The notes: generated from the letters alone by a model not told the origin. A stretch of 64,000 nucleotides of DNA from Eledone cirrhosa (GCA_964016885.1 OZ024741.1:191642001-191706000); one strand, 5' to 3'. Positions 1-12,789 are shown, counted from the first letter of the stretch. Numbers and translations: made by a program.

Positions 1-185
1 TCTTTTAGCTCATAAGGGCAGGCAGTTTTCCTCTGTCTGGTGGCCATATTAAAAGAGGTTGCATAGTGGAGCAGTTTGAAAGTACTAAAGAGAGGCACTT
101 TCCTCTTAGGTCAAACCCTCATCATCTTTTTAAAATTTCACTTGGAAAGGAAGGTGAAGGTGGAGAAAGGAATGATGTCCCCCAG
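1..185 (+). mobile_element. Tx1/L1-like LINE ORF2 3' fragment
   Basis: Homologous to 1095-1310 and 2170-2420 (FLCLVA..KE...GQTLI.F.KFHL.RK..VE). Confidence 0.55.
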
Positions 186-196
186 TACATTTGCTA

Positions 197-280
197 GGTC
201 GATAAATAAAGCACCAGTAATGCACTGGGGATCGATTAAATCGACTTTCCCTTCCCCTTCAAATTGCTGGCCTTGTGCAT
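197..280 (+). mobile_element. SINE fragment (family with the gggtcgataaa-taaagtaccag core)
   Basis: tcgataaataaagcaccagtaatgcactgggg...aaattgctggccttgtgc is shared with at least 7 other copies in the window. Confidence 0.75.
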
Positions 281-281
281 G

Positions 282-1580
282 AACTCGGTTCACCAAGGAT
301 GTCCTTTCTCATCCCTGTTGTACGTACAAGCCATTACTGCACAAACTGGAGACGTTGAGAGGCTGGACAGACAGATCGGTTAAATTGCTAGAGGTCTGGT
401 TTAGTCCAGACCTCCAGATAGACAAAAACTGGGCCGAGAGTAGATACCCTTTAAAGGTCGAGTGAGGTGGCGAGTGACTGCACTGGAGCATTTGCTCTTT
501 TATTTTTTTGTGGAAGGGTGTCTTCCGATGGTCAGGCTATGGCATCTCCACCTCTTCCTTGATGGTGAACAGGTGTGGTCTCCATTTCTAGACACGTTTT
601 TACCCAGCTTGTCTCCTTGATATAGCTGCAGTCCTGGGTTAAGCGAAGACCGAGAGGAAGCGCTTGGAGACTGAAATGCCTTCAGGCGCTCACAGCGCTC
701 TGCCAATGAGGCACTGCGATCATTGGAATCTCCACCTTGGTGTTCTATAGAGAGTTAGTAGAGAGCAAGAGCGACGACATCCTTGGGCAGACTCTGGGTA
801 TCAATGAAAATCAACTAGCCAATCGCTTTGGGAGGACTTTTGGGCCGAGGCCCATGGACAACTTCCAGAAATCCCTGGCTTGGCAGTGCTATTGAGAAGC
901 TTTGCCAGTTTGGGATAAAGTCTACAGGCATGGAAGTGCCGTCAGCCAGACCTGTCCAACATGTGCGCAGGTCAACAAAACAGTCCTGCATGCACTTGTC
1001 CAATGTTCGAGCATTTATGTCGAACACCTGTTGTCATGTGTAGGATGTATTCGGCTATCAGCTGAGTCCATTGTGAAGATTGCCCTTTAGCCAGGAAGGG
1101 CAGGCAGTTTTGATCTGCCTGGTGGCCATGGTGAAAGAGGTCATGTGGTAGATGCGTCTGAAAGGGCTGAAGATGAGAACTTACCTCTTTGGTGATGCCC
1201 TGATTAACTTTTTCAAATTTCATTTGAAAAGGAAAATCAGAGTGGAGAGGGAAGTGCTCTCTTCCCAGCAATTTGTGAGAGAAGCGAGCATGGCCTGAAT
1301 GAATGGGCCTACTCTGAGTATGCACCTGTAGATTGGAGGTAGAAAATTGGGAGAGGGCACTTGATCTGGTGGTCAGGATCACCGAGGCTTTTTGTGGGCT
1401 TTCTCCATGAGTGACCCTTGGAAGTCTCCCCCTATTGGGGAATTTTTCCTTTGTTTTAAATTTTTGTTACATTCTTGGTTTTTGCATGCAGAAATGCCTA
1501 TTTGTACCATCCTGTACTGTCCTTAATGTTATACTTTATGTTAACCCTTGGGGTTAATAAAGAAATCATTATTATTATTG
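282..1580 (+). pseudogene. Tx1/L1-clade LINE: degenerate ORF2 C-terminus (zf-RVT) and 3' UTR
   Basis: LPVWDKVYRHG..CPTC...TVLHALVQC is a CCHC knuckle (ORF 902-1090). The element ends aataaagaaatc(att)n. Confidence 0.65.
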
Positions 1581-2045
1581 TTCTTTGAGTCTCAGTTATT
1601 GATGTTATTTAACTGGAAAGTTTGTTGAAATGAATATCAAGCCGCTACCTGCAGCCTCAGACATTCAGGATGTATTGGAGGGTTCTTGCTGTTCCCAACA
1701 AGCATGCTTTTTGAAGTGTTCCAAAAAGCGGGGCTGGACTAATCTTCTTTAATCATCCTTGGAAACTCTTTGAGATAGTACCTAGTGCGCCTATGACAAT
1801 CGGGACGACCTTGATTTCATGGCAGTTCCAAATCCTTTTTAACTCCAACTTTAAGTCCTGGTATCGGTTAATTTTCTCCCTCTCCTTTTCTTGCACTCTT
1901 ATGTCAAATGGGCAGGCTACATCTACAATCAGGCACAATCTTTTTTCCTTGTCCAAATCCACCAGGTCAGGCCTATTGTGTTCGAATTTCTTGTCCTTTC
2001 TTTATCCTAAAATCCCATACCACCTTCACCTGATCGTTTTCGATC
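1581..2045 (-). mobile_element. R4/Dong-like non-LTR retrotransposon 3' fragment (restriction-like endonuclease)
   Basis: RPDL..DKEKRLCLIVDVACPFD..KE.EKINRYQ.L..VVPIVIGALG (ORF 1753-1962). The 3' end abuts (ATT)n. Near-identical to 61480-61930. Confidence 0.75.
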
Positions 2046-2079
2046 ACCGAATCTGGCTTATGCTCATACCACTTGTGGA

Positions 2080-2715
2080 GCTAAGTCGAACAGTTGCTGT
2101 CGCGTGTAGGACCGATCCAGTTATCGACTGAGTCCATTGTGCAGATGGTCTCGGGTCTTCCTTTGAGGAGGAAGGGCAGGCGGTTTTCATCTGCCTGGTG
2201 GCCATGGCGAAAGAGATTGTGTGGAGGACAAGGTTGAAAGGGTTAAAGACAGACACTTTCTTCTTCGGCGAATCCCTGATTAACTTTTTCAAGTTTCACT
2301 TGAAGAGGAAAATCAGGGTGGAGAGGCAAGTGCTGCCTTCTACCAAGTTTGTTGAAAGGTGGGTGAATGTAGCGAGAATGGTCCGAGTGAACGGGACCGC
2401 TCTGAATATACGTCTGTAGTTTGAGGAGTGGGAAAAAATTGAGAGAGGGTACTTGCCCTGGTGGTCAGGGTGGCCGTGGTCTTTTGTGTGGTCTTCACCA
2501 CAAGTAACCCTCGGAGGTTTCCTCCCTATTGGGGAATTTTTCATTGTTTCAATTTTCATTTTTATTGTTTATATATATATATGTTTCTATGTCTTTTTTT
2601 TTTTCGTTTCTTATATAAATAATAAAAATCTTTACACGAACAAAACCCACATCGTACCGTCCTGTGCCGTCTGTAATGTTTTTCTTGATGTCAACCCTTG
2701 TGGCCAATAAAGAAA

Positions 2716-2748
<33 letters not shown>
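2080..2748 (+). mobile_element. Tx1/L1-like LINE 3' fragment
   Basis: Paralogous to 1015-1580, with the same 3' end (aacccttg..aataaagaaatc) followed by (att)n. Confidence 0.6.
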
Positions 2749-2749
<1 letters not shown>

Positions 2750-2940
2750 CGATAGAACATTGGACAACATGCTTCGCAGCATAGAGTTATGGCCCTTTAC
2801 GTTATGAGTTCAAATCCTTACAGGGTTCATCCTTACGGTGGTTGAAAAAATAAAGCACCAGCAATGCACTGGGGTCGATTTAATTGACTTTCCCCTCCCC
2901 TAAAATTGCTGGCCTTGTGCCAAAAGTAGAAACATTATTA
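2749..2940 (+). mobile_element. tRNA-derived SINE
   Basis: B-box-like gagttcaaatcc, then the SINE core, then the 3' end aaattgctggccttgtgccaaaagtagaaac(att)n. Confidence 0.75.
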
Positions 2941-2944
2941 TTAT

Positions 2945-4040
2945 TGTTGTGTTATTTCATTTAGAACAGTTCTGTTTTTCTATTGCCGAGTTCAGGCCTT
3001 GAACCTAGGACACCAGAGATTTTCATTGTAGAGAGAGAGAACCCGTCTGAGAATATGTGCTGTTCCTAGTAGCCCGATCTTCTGTAGCTCATATTTGCTG
3101 ATCTTGCAGGGAAGGACGCTAAGGTGGAGGTCTGAGGACCTGGGTATTAATCCTAATGCTCCTATTACCACAGGGATAATGTTTGTGGTCATCCTCCACA
3201 TGTGGTTGATCTCTATTTCCAGGTCTTTGTATTTTGACAGTTTTCCCATTGTTTTTATAGATGTATTCTTGTCAGCTGGTACGGAAATATTCATAAGGTT
3301 ACATGTCCGATCTGTTTTGTTTTTTATGATGATATCTGGTCTGTTGGCAGCGATTTCTCAGTTGGTTATTACAGGCGTATCCCTCAAGATTGACATGTTG
3401 CCCTTTTCCATGACTGTTTTAAGTTGATGTTCATACCATTTGTTAGAAGTTGGTATGTCATGAGAGTGGCAGAGCATCCAGTGAACATATTTGGCAATGC
3501 AGTTGTGTCTTTCTAAATAGTTAGTTTTTGCCAGCTCTGGAGATAACATGATCTACTGTTTCTTCATATTTGTAGCATATTCTGCATAGAAGGCTATTGC
3601 CATCTTTCACTATTCTGTGTCATAAGCCCGAGTGTTTAGAGATTGGTCTTGTGCAGCAACTAAGAGTCCCTCAGTCTCTGCTTTCAAACCAGTACTTCTG
3701 AGCCAGGATAGTGAGCCATGCTGGTCGATATCATTGTCAGAAAGTCATACTGGGAATCTTCCACATAGTGGTGTTACCTTTCATTCATGGTTTAGTTCCT
3801 CTGTTTGGAGTTTCTTTGCTTTGATCTTCACAGTTATAGCTAGCTGTGAAGCACTCTGTTGTTGATTTTCTATGGGTATGTCTTGTTCTACATTCAGTTT
3901 CTGCCCAAATTTGCTTGCCTCTTTCGTTATTGAGTGTAGTTTCTTAATTTGTCCATGTTTGAATACAGACTTAAGAATTCATCTCAGGTGTGGTGGAGGC
4001 ATCTATCCAATCCAATTATTGTTGTTTTGTATGCAGCTTC
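2945..4040 (-). mobile_element. R4/Dong-like LINE 3' part (CCHC knuckle and REL endonuclease), degenerate
   Basis: YLERHN..AKYVHW.LC (ORF 3358-3549) and ISVPAD.N...K..KYKDLEIEI..MW...IIPVVIGALG (ORF 2992-3294). Confidence 0.75.
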
Positions 4041-4053
4041 CAGTTATCGGAGC

Positions 4054-6950
4054 CCCCTTCCACGTTTTCTCCTAATGTCTTTCAGGGTCTTTCAGGGTCC
4101 TAATGTCTTGCAGGGTCCTGTCCAATGCCTCAAGGGCACCCTTGTGTGCCATTGTGCACTCATCCCAAACAATGAGGCAACATTTTTTGAGAACCAGAGC
4201 TTCGTGTGAGCTCTTGCTGATATTGCATGTTGGTGTCTCAGTTTTTACTAAATCCAACGGGAGTTTAAAGGTTGAATGTGCTGTCCTGCCTCTCGGCAGC
4301 AAGTAGCAGCGATCCCGGACGATTCAACGGCCAACGCAAATTTTTTCTCCTGACGAATCTTAGCGGGAATCAATTTTGTTACAAAAGTTTTTCCGGTACC
4401 CCCAGGAGCATCGAGAAAGTAAATACCCCCAGTCTGATTTTGAACCGCGTCAGTGACAGTTAAATAGGCCAACCTTTGGTCCGACAGACGTTTGGGCTCA
4501 TTTTCCTCTAAGTAAAGAGATTCGATGTCATATGCTGTTTCCCGCAACAAATCCGGGGCTAGCGTGTTACCTTCATATGTGACGGTTGACGGCAATCCAT
4601 ACGTCGCCAACTCACTTCCACCCATGTCGAGGGGGGCGTCCTCGATGTCAATGAGTGCCCTGTTGTAGATAATGCCGCTGTAAGCAACTTCCACTGAAGG
4701 ATACTGCAGATGAGCCAGGCGCAGGAAATCCTCAGACATGAAGTCTCTGTACTTAACCCATAAAGATTTGGGATCACCTAATTCACACTTTTGAAGCAAA
4801 ATGGCAAAGAGTTCCCGTAGACCTTTGGGTGATTTCAACAAAGCACCCTCTGCTAAAGTGGAATCCCATTGCGAATCATCTTCCAAAAGACCACGCTTAA
4901 AGCAGGCTTCCCGGTACGTATCACATATTTCTCCATCAACAGTTTTGAGGTCCTGAAAACTTTGTGGGCCTACAACTTCATGCAGAAGAAGGCGGAGATG
5001 AAAGCACTCATGTTGACTTGGGGGCACAGTGTAAACCCTTCCAAGACAGCTGTCAAATTTTACACCAGGATGTCTTTCAACAGCCTGACCTGACTTTCTT
5101 CGCACCCAAGTGTTTTTCGACCATATAAAGTCGGATGGAACCTGGGGGTACACAATTGTTTGCGCAAATGTATCGAACTGGCAAAGTTTGAAGAAACCTG
5201 TCAGAGTGGTCTCTTTCAGATCGGCGGCCAGCTTGGCGGCGGTTTGGTCCGTAAAGTAGACCCTTCGCCCATTTTCCAAATGTACCGCAAACTGTACGAT
5301 GGCAGGGTGCCGATGGTGTAGGGGGAAACAAAATAGGCGCCAAAAAGCTTCATTGCTACTGATGTACCGCCTCGCCAGGTATTCTGTGACCTCATTAGAG
5401 CCCTTATTTACATATTTGCATATGTATTTTATAGACTTGACAAAGTTGCAAAACTCAACATTGATGTGGGCGTTTAACATCTTCAAGAGAAGCGAGCAGT
5501 AAGGGACCACCCATCTATTGTCGACTTGACCTCCCTTTACTGTTGTGGTGAAGCCACCGTTCTCGGGCCGTCTCCGCTTGTACAGGGGCTACCCATCGCC
5601 ACCAGTCTGAGTCGCGTCAACAAATTTTTGGGGGTATCCCTTACTGCACGACCCCCCTTTCAGACACGTGTGATGCTCATTAGGACCCAACGATGTCATG
5701 TAATTCCTGGTCAGTTGCTGGCTTAGGGATTTCAGCCGAAATGAAGCTGTCTATGGCATTTGAATTGATTTTATCAGCTAACCAAATCAAAATGTGAGCA
5801 TGTGGCAGCCCTCGTTTTTGCCATTCGACGGTGAACATGTCACATTTTACAGCCCCAAATACCTGACCTTTTTGATTAAAGCCATGGGTTTAACCAGTTT
5901 CAGTCTGAACACTCTGGCAATGAGGTCATGTCTGTTCGAATAATTTTGCCCAGGAAAAAGTTCAGGGGTTACATTCCGATTCATATGTCTATAGCATTAA
6001 TCTGTTATATGAAGTGTTATTTTGCGGGTTGTTATTTGCAATAAGCCGATTGAAAATGCTCCAGATTAGCCGTATGCCAATATGGAACGCTCAATACGGA
6101 ACGCTCAATACGGAACACTCAATACGGAACGCTCCACTACAGTGATGTCATATAGGGAGTGAAGAGCGACAGAGAGAGTAAAGCAGTTAAATTATAGAGA
6201 GGGAGAATATACGGAACGCTCCATTTGATCAAATACATTGTTTCTCTCTCTGCAGTGTTGTCATAAAGGGAGTGTAGAGCGACAGAGAGAGTAAAGCATT
6301 TAAATTATAGAGATGTCGTTAATGTTACGTTTGTTGTTTTATATATTCATCTGTTGCTTTTGAATATTTGTTATTTGATGTAAAATGTAACGTTGAGAGA
6401 GCAGTATGTATTTAGTGCTATTGGCTTTTTAAATTTTGATATTTGATGTATGAGTGTCGTTATGACTGTAGAGAGGGGGAATAATCTATTGTAGAGAGAG
6501 GGAAGAGTGACGGAGAGAGTAAAGCTATGGTTGTTGTGTTGCTTAGGTTTCAAAGTTTCTGTCGCGTTCCTTCAAAAGAAGTTTTGTTGTTCTAAACTGT
6601 AAAGGAGGCAGTAACCTTTTAAAGAGAGTTGCAGAGGAGATTGAGGGGGGAGTAGAGAGAGTGATGAACCTTTTAAAGAGAGTTGCAACATGTATGTAGT
6701 TTCATATATTTTTGATGGTAGTAGTGAGAGGAATGAAGCGTGTAAGAGAGAGGATCACAGCATATATTTAGTTTTATCGATTTTTTTTCATAGAAGTAGG
6801 ACATTTTTTGCAAAAATAATTACGTGTTGACCTGCCCCTGGTAAATTTGGAGCACATTGGAAAACAATTCATCAAAATCGGTAGAGAAATGTGGAAATGC
6901 ATAAAAATCATACACACACACAGACAGACATCTACCGTTTTATATATAGA
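4054..6950 (-). mobile_element. Helitron: degenerate Rep/Pif1 helicase with 5' terminus
   Basis: ORF 4248-5510 has HINVE..KYICKY, EAFWRLF and FLDAPGGTGKT; ORF 4072-4302 has IVWDECTM. The minus strand from 6950 reads TCTATATATAAAACGGTAGATGTCTGTCTGTGTG, a typical Helitron 5' end. Confidence 0.85.
6080..6135. repeat. 14-bp tandem repeat (aatacggaacgctc) x4
   Basis: Directly visible; one further copy near 6207. Confidence 0.85.
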
Positions 6951-7076
6951 GAAATATTCATTAGTTAAGCAAAGCAAGACCACAAAATTCACATGGAAGA
7001 CGTTAGTTAAAGCATAGTTGCAGTTTAAGGTAAGGAATAAAGAGTGTAATTGTAGTTTAGTGTAAGGAATAATAAT

Positions 7077-7174
7077 TGTTTCTACTTTTGGCACAGGGCC
7101 AGCAATTACCCAGTACATTACTGGTACTTTATTTTATCGACCCCGTAAGGATGAAAGGCAAAGTTGACCTCGGC
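7077..7174 (-). mobile_element. 5'-truncated SINE inserted in the left arm only
   Basis: SINE core flanked by the direct repeat ggaataataat (7066-7076 and 7175-7185); absent from the right arm. Confidence 0.85.
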
Positions 7175-7189
7175 GGAATAATAATGTCC

Positions 7190-7308
7190 GTTTACAATTG
7201 TTTCGCTACTCCATATGTTTCTGGATCAATTGATTATTAGATCGTTATTGATCTGGTACAGAGGAAGATAAGTAACTTAAGTAATGTTATGGAGCAGCTC
7301 TTCAGAAC
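7190..7308 (-). ncRNA. Hammerhead ribozyme motif, type I, family A (antisense arm)
   Basis: Mirror copy of 7916-8037, with tcttcag at 7299-7305 and tttc at 7201-7204. Confidence 0.8.
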
Positions 7309-7915
7309 TATAGATGAGATAATGAAAATATTTATAAAGATAATATGGAATAAGATATATAAAATAAAGTAAAGTAAGATGGTTACGTGACTCTAAGATT
7401 ACATAGATTGGCATTTCACGAAAGGAGTCCTGGATAGTTCAAATGTCTGCTATAAACAAGCATTACGGTTCAGTAAAATTCCTTCGCCAACAGAATATTC
7501 GACCCAACATAGTCATCAAATCTCGCCATTACATATAGCTAGCATGTTAAATATTTAGCCCTATACTTAGACAATTATAAGTTGCCTCCCTTACATTATC
7601 TCACATTTAAGGTCTTTTGCACTATCTTAATTATAAATTCCTTATGAATTTAACTTTTCAAGGAGTTACCTATCTATAATTAATAAGTTAAATTTCGTAA
7701 AAGAAGCCATCTTGTTACGTATAGGCAGATCTTGCTTAATACAGCCTCGACAGAAGCGTAAAGCTTGTTTATAGCAGACATTTGAACTATCCAGGACTCC
7801 TTTCATGAAATGCCAATCTATGTAATCTTACAGTCACGTAACCATCTTACTTTACTTTATTTTATATGTCTTATTCCATATTATCTTTATAAATATTTTC
7901 ATTATCTCATCTATA

Positions 7916-8037
7916 GTTCTGAAGAGCTGCTCCATAACATTACTTAAGTTTCTTATCTTCCTCTGAACCAGATCAATAACGATCTAATAATCAATTGATC
8001 CAGAAACATTATATGGAGTAGCGAAACAATTGTAAAC
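7916..8037 (+). ncRNA. Hammerhead ribozyme motif, type I, family A, with long loop II
   Basis: gtt-CTGAAGA(7919-7925)-gctgctccata..75 nt..tatggagtagc-GAAA(8023-8026)-caattg-TA-aac. Stem II is 11 bp, stem III is the palindrome ACAATTGT, and the cleavage triplet is GUA. Confidence 0.8.
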
Positions 8038-8301
8038 GGACATTATTATTCCTTACATTAAACTACAACTATGCTTTAACTAACGTCTTCCGTGTGAATT
8101 TTGTGGTCTTGCTTTGCTTAACTAATGAATATTTCCAGTTCTGTGCACCTAATCTCTGCATGAACCCAGCTCTCTAGCTGCCTCCCACTGCATATTGCAC
8201 ATCGAGCACATGCCTTTACGCTTTTGGCTTCTAACACCTCACCAATCTCTCTCCTCCTCTCCTATCTCCATCTCTCTCTTTAAGATTGGTTTACTCTTGA
8301 A

Positions 8302-8305
<4 letters not shown>

Positions 8306-8378
<73 letters not shown>
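8306..8378. repeat. (TA)n microsatellite
   Basis: Directly visible. Similar tracts occur near 13640, 16410, 19570, 19710 and 52520. Confidence 0.95.
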
Positions 8379-8381
<3 letters not shown>

Positions 8382-8429
8382 ACTTCTAGACTGGCATAAA
8401 TAGGAGTTTAAAACACTGAGACGACTTTA

Positions 8430-9099
8430 TGAGTAACTTTAGGAGAAGGTTAGTTTTTAGGAAGGGTCCAACAGATTGAGACATATTAAAAACATGTAAA
8501 ATAATAATTGAAAATCAGAGAGGAAAACGGAGAATTTGAATTTTAGAATGGCATAAATAAAAGTTTAAAACACTGCTTATTGAGAAGACTACAGATAAAA
8601 GAAAAGACAAGTATTGCTTATATTCTCAAAATCGACAGATCGCCCGTAAGATAGATTAAATAGATAAATTCTGTCCTTGGGAACCAGCAAGATTTATTTT
8701 ATAGATAAAACTAACCTTCTAGTATTATTATTAAATAATTATTCTAGAACCTTCCTGCATCTCGCTCCCTAACTTTGTAAACACTTTGCTCCTTCTGTCA
8801 TACCCCCCCCCCCCCCCGCCTGATCGCAAGTATAAAATAAATCTTGCTGGTTCCCAAGAACAGAATTTATCTATCTAATCTATCTTACGGGCGATCTGTC
8901 GATTTTGAGAATGTAAGCAATACTTGTCTTTTCTTTTATCCGTAGTCTTCTCAATAAGCAGTGTTTTAAACTGTTATTTATGCCAGTCTAAAATCCAAAT
9001 TCTCCGTTTTCCTCTCTGATTTTCAATTATTATTTTACATGTTTTTAATGTCTCAAACTGTTGGACCCTTCCTAAAAACTAACCTTCTCCTAAAGTTAC
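8430..9099. repeat. Long inverted repeat (arms ~8430-8703 and ~8831-9099)
   Basis: gtaactttaggagaaggttag...cagcaagatttattttata is the reverse complement of tataaaataaatcttgctg...ctaaccttctcctaaagttac. Confidence 0.95.
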
Positions 9100-9281
9100 C
9101 CATTTCCCGCCTGCTCCCACTCACCACCATTACTATATGGTCCAATCATAAATCAGCGGCTTTAGTAAGTTCTCTAACAAATCAGTATAGCAAAGCTACC
9201 ACCTCGGTTACTACTCCTTAAGTTTAGACCTGTTTGATGGGTTGACTGCAGAAATTTGAAAAGTCTAAGCACTCACTGACA

Positions 9282-12200
9282 ATGTCACAGATAAAGATAA
9301 ATTCACCTCCCGCTTCAAGACGAAAATACAAGGACCCCTCTTTATTTCAGACACGGATGACCAACAAAATTCCGTCTCCCACACCCCTCCCTGCCCCTCC
9401 AACCCATCCATCCCACCCTCCCAACTTCAGAGTTGGTACCATGAACGTAGGCACATTGAAAGGTCGCTCAAATGAGGTTGTAGAGATGCTTGAACGTAAA
9501 GTAGTTGATGTTTGTTGTATTCAAGAGACTAGGTGGGGAGGGGGTTCTGCCAGATTCATCGTGGGTAAAAAACGATGCTATAAACTTTTCTGGGTGGGAA
9601 ATGACAACGGATACGGTGGTGTAGGAATTATGTTAGCTGAAAAATGGGTAGATAAGGTAATTGACGTAAATAGAGTGAATGACAGAATAATTAAATTAAG
9701 ACTAGTTCTAAACAGAACTGCTGTGAAAATAATATCTCCTTATGCACCCCAATCTGGTCTACCTGACATTATAAAGGACGGGTTCTATGAGATGCTAATG
9801 CACACTACCTCCCAAATAACCGACAGCGACTACTTAATTATTGGTGGCGATCTAAACGATCACGTTGGACAACATAGTGGCTATGGGGTTGGAAATAGAA
9901 ATGAGGAGGGCTTCAGAATCCTGGAATTCTGAGACGCAAATAGCCTAACTATCTGTAAAACAAACTTCAAAAAACTTGAAAACCACTTGATCACCTATAG
10001 ATCAGGGGAACACGCCAGCCAGATAGATTATATCCTTACTAGAAGACGGGACAAAGTGTCTGTTGTAAACACTAAATCCCTCCGCCGTGAAGAATGCACC
10101 TCCAAACATAGCCTAGTAGTTAGTGACCTCAGAAGAGGCCTACCTTGAGGAGAAGAATATGGAAGTTGAAGGACCCCATAGCCAGTGACAAATTTAAAAG
10201 CTTATTACTTGATGCCTTTGACAATAAGGAAGAGCAATTAGAGACGTGCGATATAGAGGAACAGTGGCAATTCTTGAAAGTGAACCTGCTGAAAGCAACG
10301 GATGGAACAGACCTATTGGCAGGAGGAGAGTAACTTGGTGGTGGAACAGTAAGGTGGAAGAGACAACCAAGGCAAAAAAGCAGGCTTGGAAAGTATGGCA
10401 GGATGGGGGAAGTAGAGAGCACTATCAAGTGGCCAGGAGAGAAGCTAGGAGACAAGTGCACCTTGCAAAAAAGGTAGCAGAGGATAGAAAGTTCAAGCAT
10501 GTTCTACAACGTGAGGACCAAAAACATGAGGTGTTCAGGATTGCTAGACAATGTGTCAAGGAAAACCGTGATATTGTCGGGGAGAAGTGTGTCCGTAATG
10601 ATAACGGTGTACTTGCGCTCAATGATACTACTAAGAAGATAGCCTGGAAGTGTCACTATGAGAGACTATTAAATGAGGAGAATAAATGGGAAAAAGATAG
10701 TCTGCCCCAAATCGATCCAATAGAAGGACCAGCGGTGCAAGTTAAAGGTAGTATAATAAGTAAGACAATCAAAGATATGAAGACAGGCAAGGCAGCTGGG
10801 CCTTCGGAGATAGTTGCTGAGATGTTGAAGGCATCTGGAATGGTGGGACACACTACGGTCACCCGTATAGTTAACCAAGTAATACAGAATGGGGTCATAC
10901 CGAAAGACTGGCGTAGCATCATCATCATTAACTTCTACAAGGGTAAAGATAGGGGAAACTATAGGGGAAACTATAGAGGCATTAAGTTAGTTGACCAGGT
11001 CATGAAGGTCACAGAAAGAGTTATAGCGCAACTAATCAGAGAGCGAATTGATCTAGATGAAATGCAGTTTGGGTTTGTGTCAGGTAAAAGTACCACAGAC
11101 GCTCTTTTCCTTGTACGACAACTACAAGAGAAGTACCTAGCTAAAAGTAAACCCTTCTACTTAGCTTTTGTAGACCTGGAGAAAGCCTTTGACAGAGTCC
11201 CCCGCTCCATTATCTGGTGGGCTCTTAGAAAACTAGGTGTAGATGAATGGCTTGTGAGAGCTATACAAGCTATGTATAAGGAAACAGTCAGTAAGGTTAG
11301 AATTAACAATGAATATTGTGAAGAATTTAGTGTAAAAGTTGGCGTTCATCAAGGCTCTGTCCTTAGCCCCCTCCTATTTATTATTGCCCTTCAGGCTATA
11401 ACAGAGGAGTTCAAGACCGGCTGCCCATGGGAACTCCTATACGCAGATGATCTAACGCTCATAGCTGAATCTATAGCTGAACTAGAGAAGAAATTACAAA
11501 CATGGAAGCATGGCCTAGAATCAACTTGTCTAAGACTAAAGTTCTAGTTTATAGAAAGGAAAATAGGGGACAGGTGTCCTCGGGGAAATGGCGATGCTCA
11601 GTGTCTAGGAAAGGAGTAGGCAGAAATTCCATTTTATGTCCCAAATGCAAGGTATGGGTACATAAAAGATGTAGTGGGGTCACAGGGAAATTATCTAAGA
11701 ACGTAGACTTTATATGTGGCCGATGCTCAGGTGCAATAAGTAGCAGCAAGTGCCCACAAAATACTAGCTCCTTCTATTGCCCAGATGGTTCTATAGAAAT
11801 AGTAGACACTTTCCGTTACCTGGGTGACAAAATCAGCAGTGGGGGAGGGTGTTCTGAAAGTACAGTAGCCAGAGTCAGAACGGGATGGAAAAAGTTCAGA
11901 GAGCTTATACCGCTGTTGGCCACAAAAGGTTTCTCTCTAAAAATGAAAGGCAGATTGTATGATGCCTGTATACGAACAACAATGATACATGGCAGTGAGA
12001 CATGGGCATTATGTGCAGAGGACCTGCGCAGACTGGAAAGGAACGAAGCATGCATGCTCCGTTGGATGTGTAATAGTAATATACGTGAACGGCAAAGCAT
12101 AAATGGACTAAGTGAGAAATTAGGAATAAGAGGGATCAGATGCTGTTTACTTGAGAGAAGACTACGTTGGTATGGCCAAGTGATGCGCATGAAAGACGAC

Positions 12201-12716
12201 AGCTGTATAAAAAAGTGCAGGGCGATCAAAATTGATGGTAGTTACGGACCGAGATCGTTGGCGCTATACAGTAATACAGAAGACCCGCCTTGCCTATGTA
12301 CAAAGCGAAACCTACAGTCAGTAGGCACCTCTTAACCAAATATACACCACAATCCACTACCCCTACCCTATCCTCCCACTCCCACCAACACCACCCTCTC
12401 TCTGTAAAGTTGGTACCACAACATCCAGTCCAAATAAATGAGATAATGAGATCGAGATTGTGTAGGTGTCATGACAAAAACACACAGTCCACGCTGTAAT
12501 GTGGCCGTGTAGGTAACACAGTAAAAAGTTCCCAGTTCCACACTGTAAACGTGGTTGGTGTTAGGAAGGGCATCCAGCTGTAGAAAACCTGCCAGATAGT
12601 TCTATATGAGTGAGACACGGTCACCCGACCAACCTTGATTCAAATTGGGACAACTCCCGTCTAACCCATGCTAGCGTGGAAAATGGACGTTAAACGAAGA
12701 TGATAATGATGATGAT
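9282..12716 (+). mobile_element. RTE-clade LINE, near full length, with stops and frameshifts
   Basis: AP endonuclease (MNVGTL, IQETRW, YAPQ, GDLN), RT (FVDLEKAFD, QGSVLSP, YADD), PHD-like finger, and a 3' UTR ending ggacgttaaacg(at/gat)n. Confidence 0.92.
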
Positions 12717-12789
12717 ATATATATATATGGATACCGTATAACACGTCAATGGTAGTCGGGCACCAGCCAGAGATGCCAGCTAATTATAT

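Larger units (their letters stand above)
6951..8135. repeat. Long inverted repeat, family A (arms ~6951-7471 and ~7753-8135)
   Basis: gaaatattcattagttaagcaaagcaagaccac... is the reverse complement of ...gtggtcttgctttgcttaactaatgaatatttc. Spacer about 280 bp. Confidence 0.95.
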
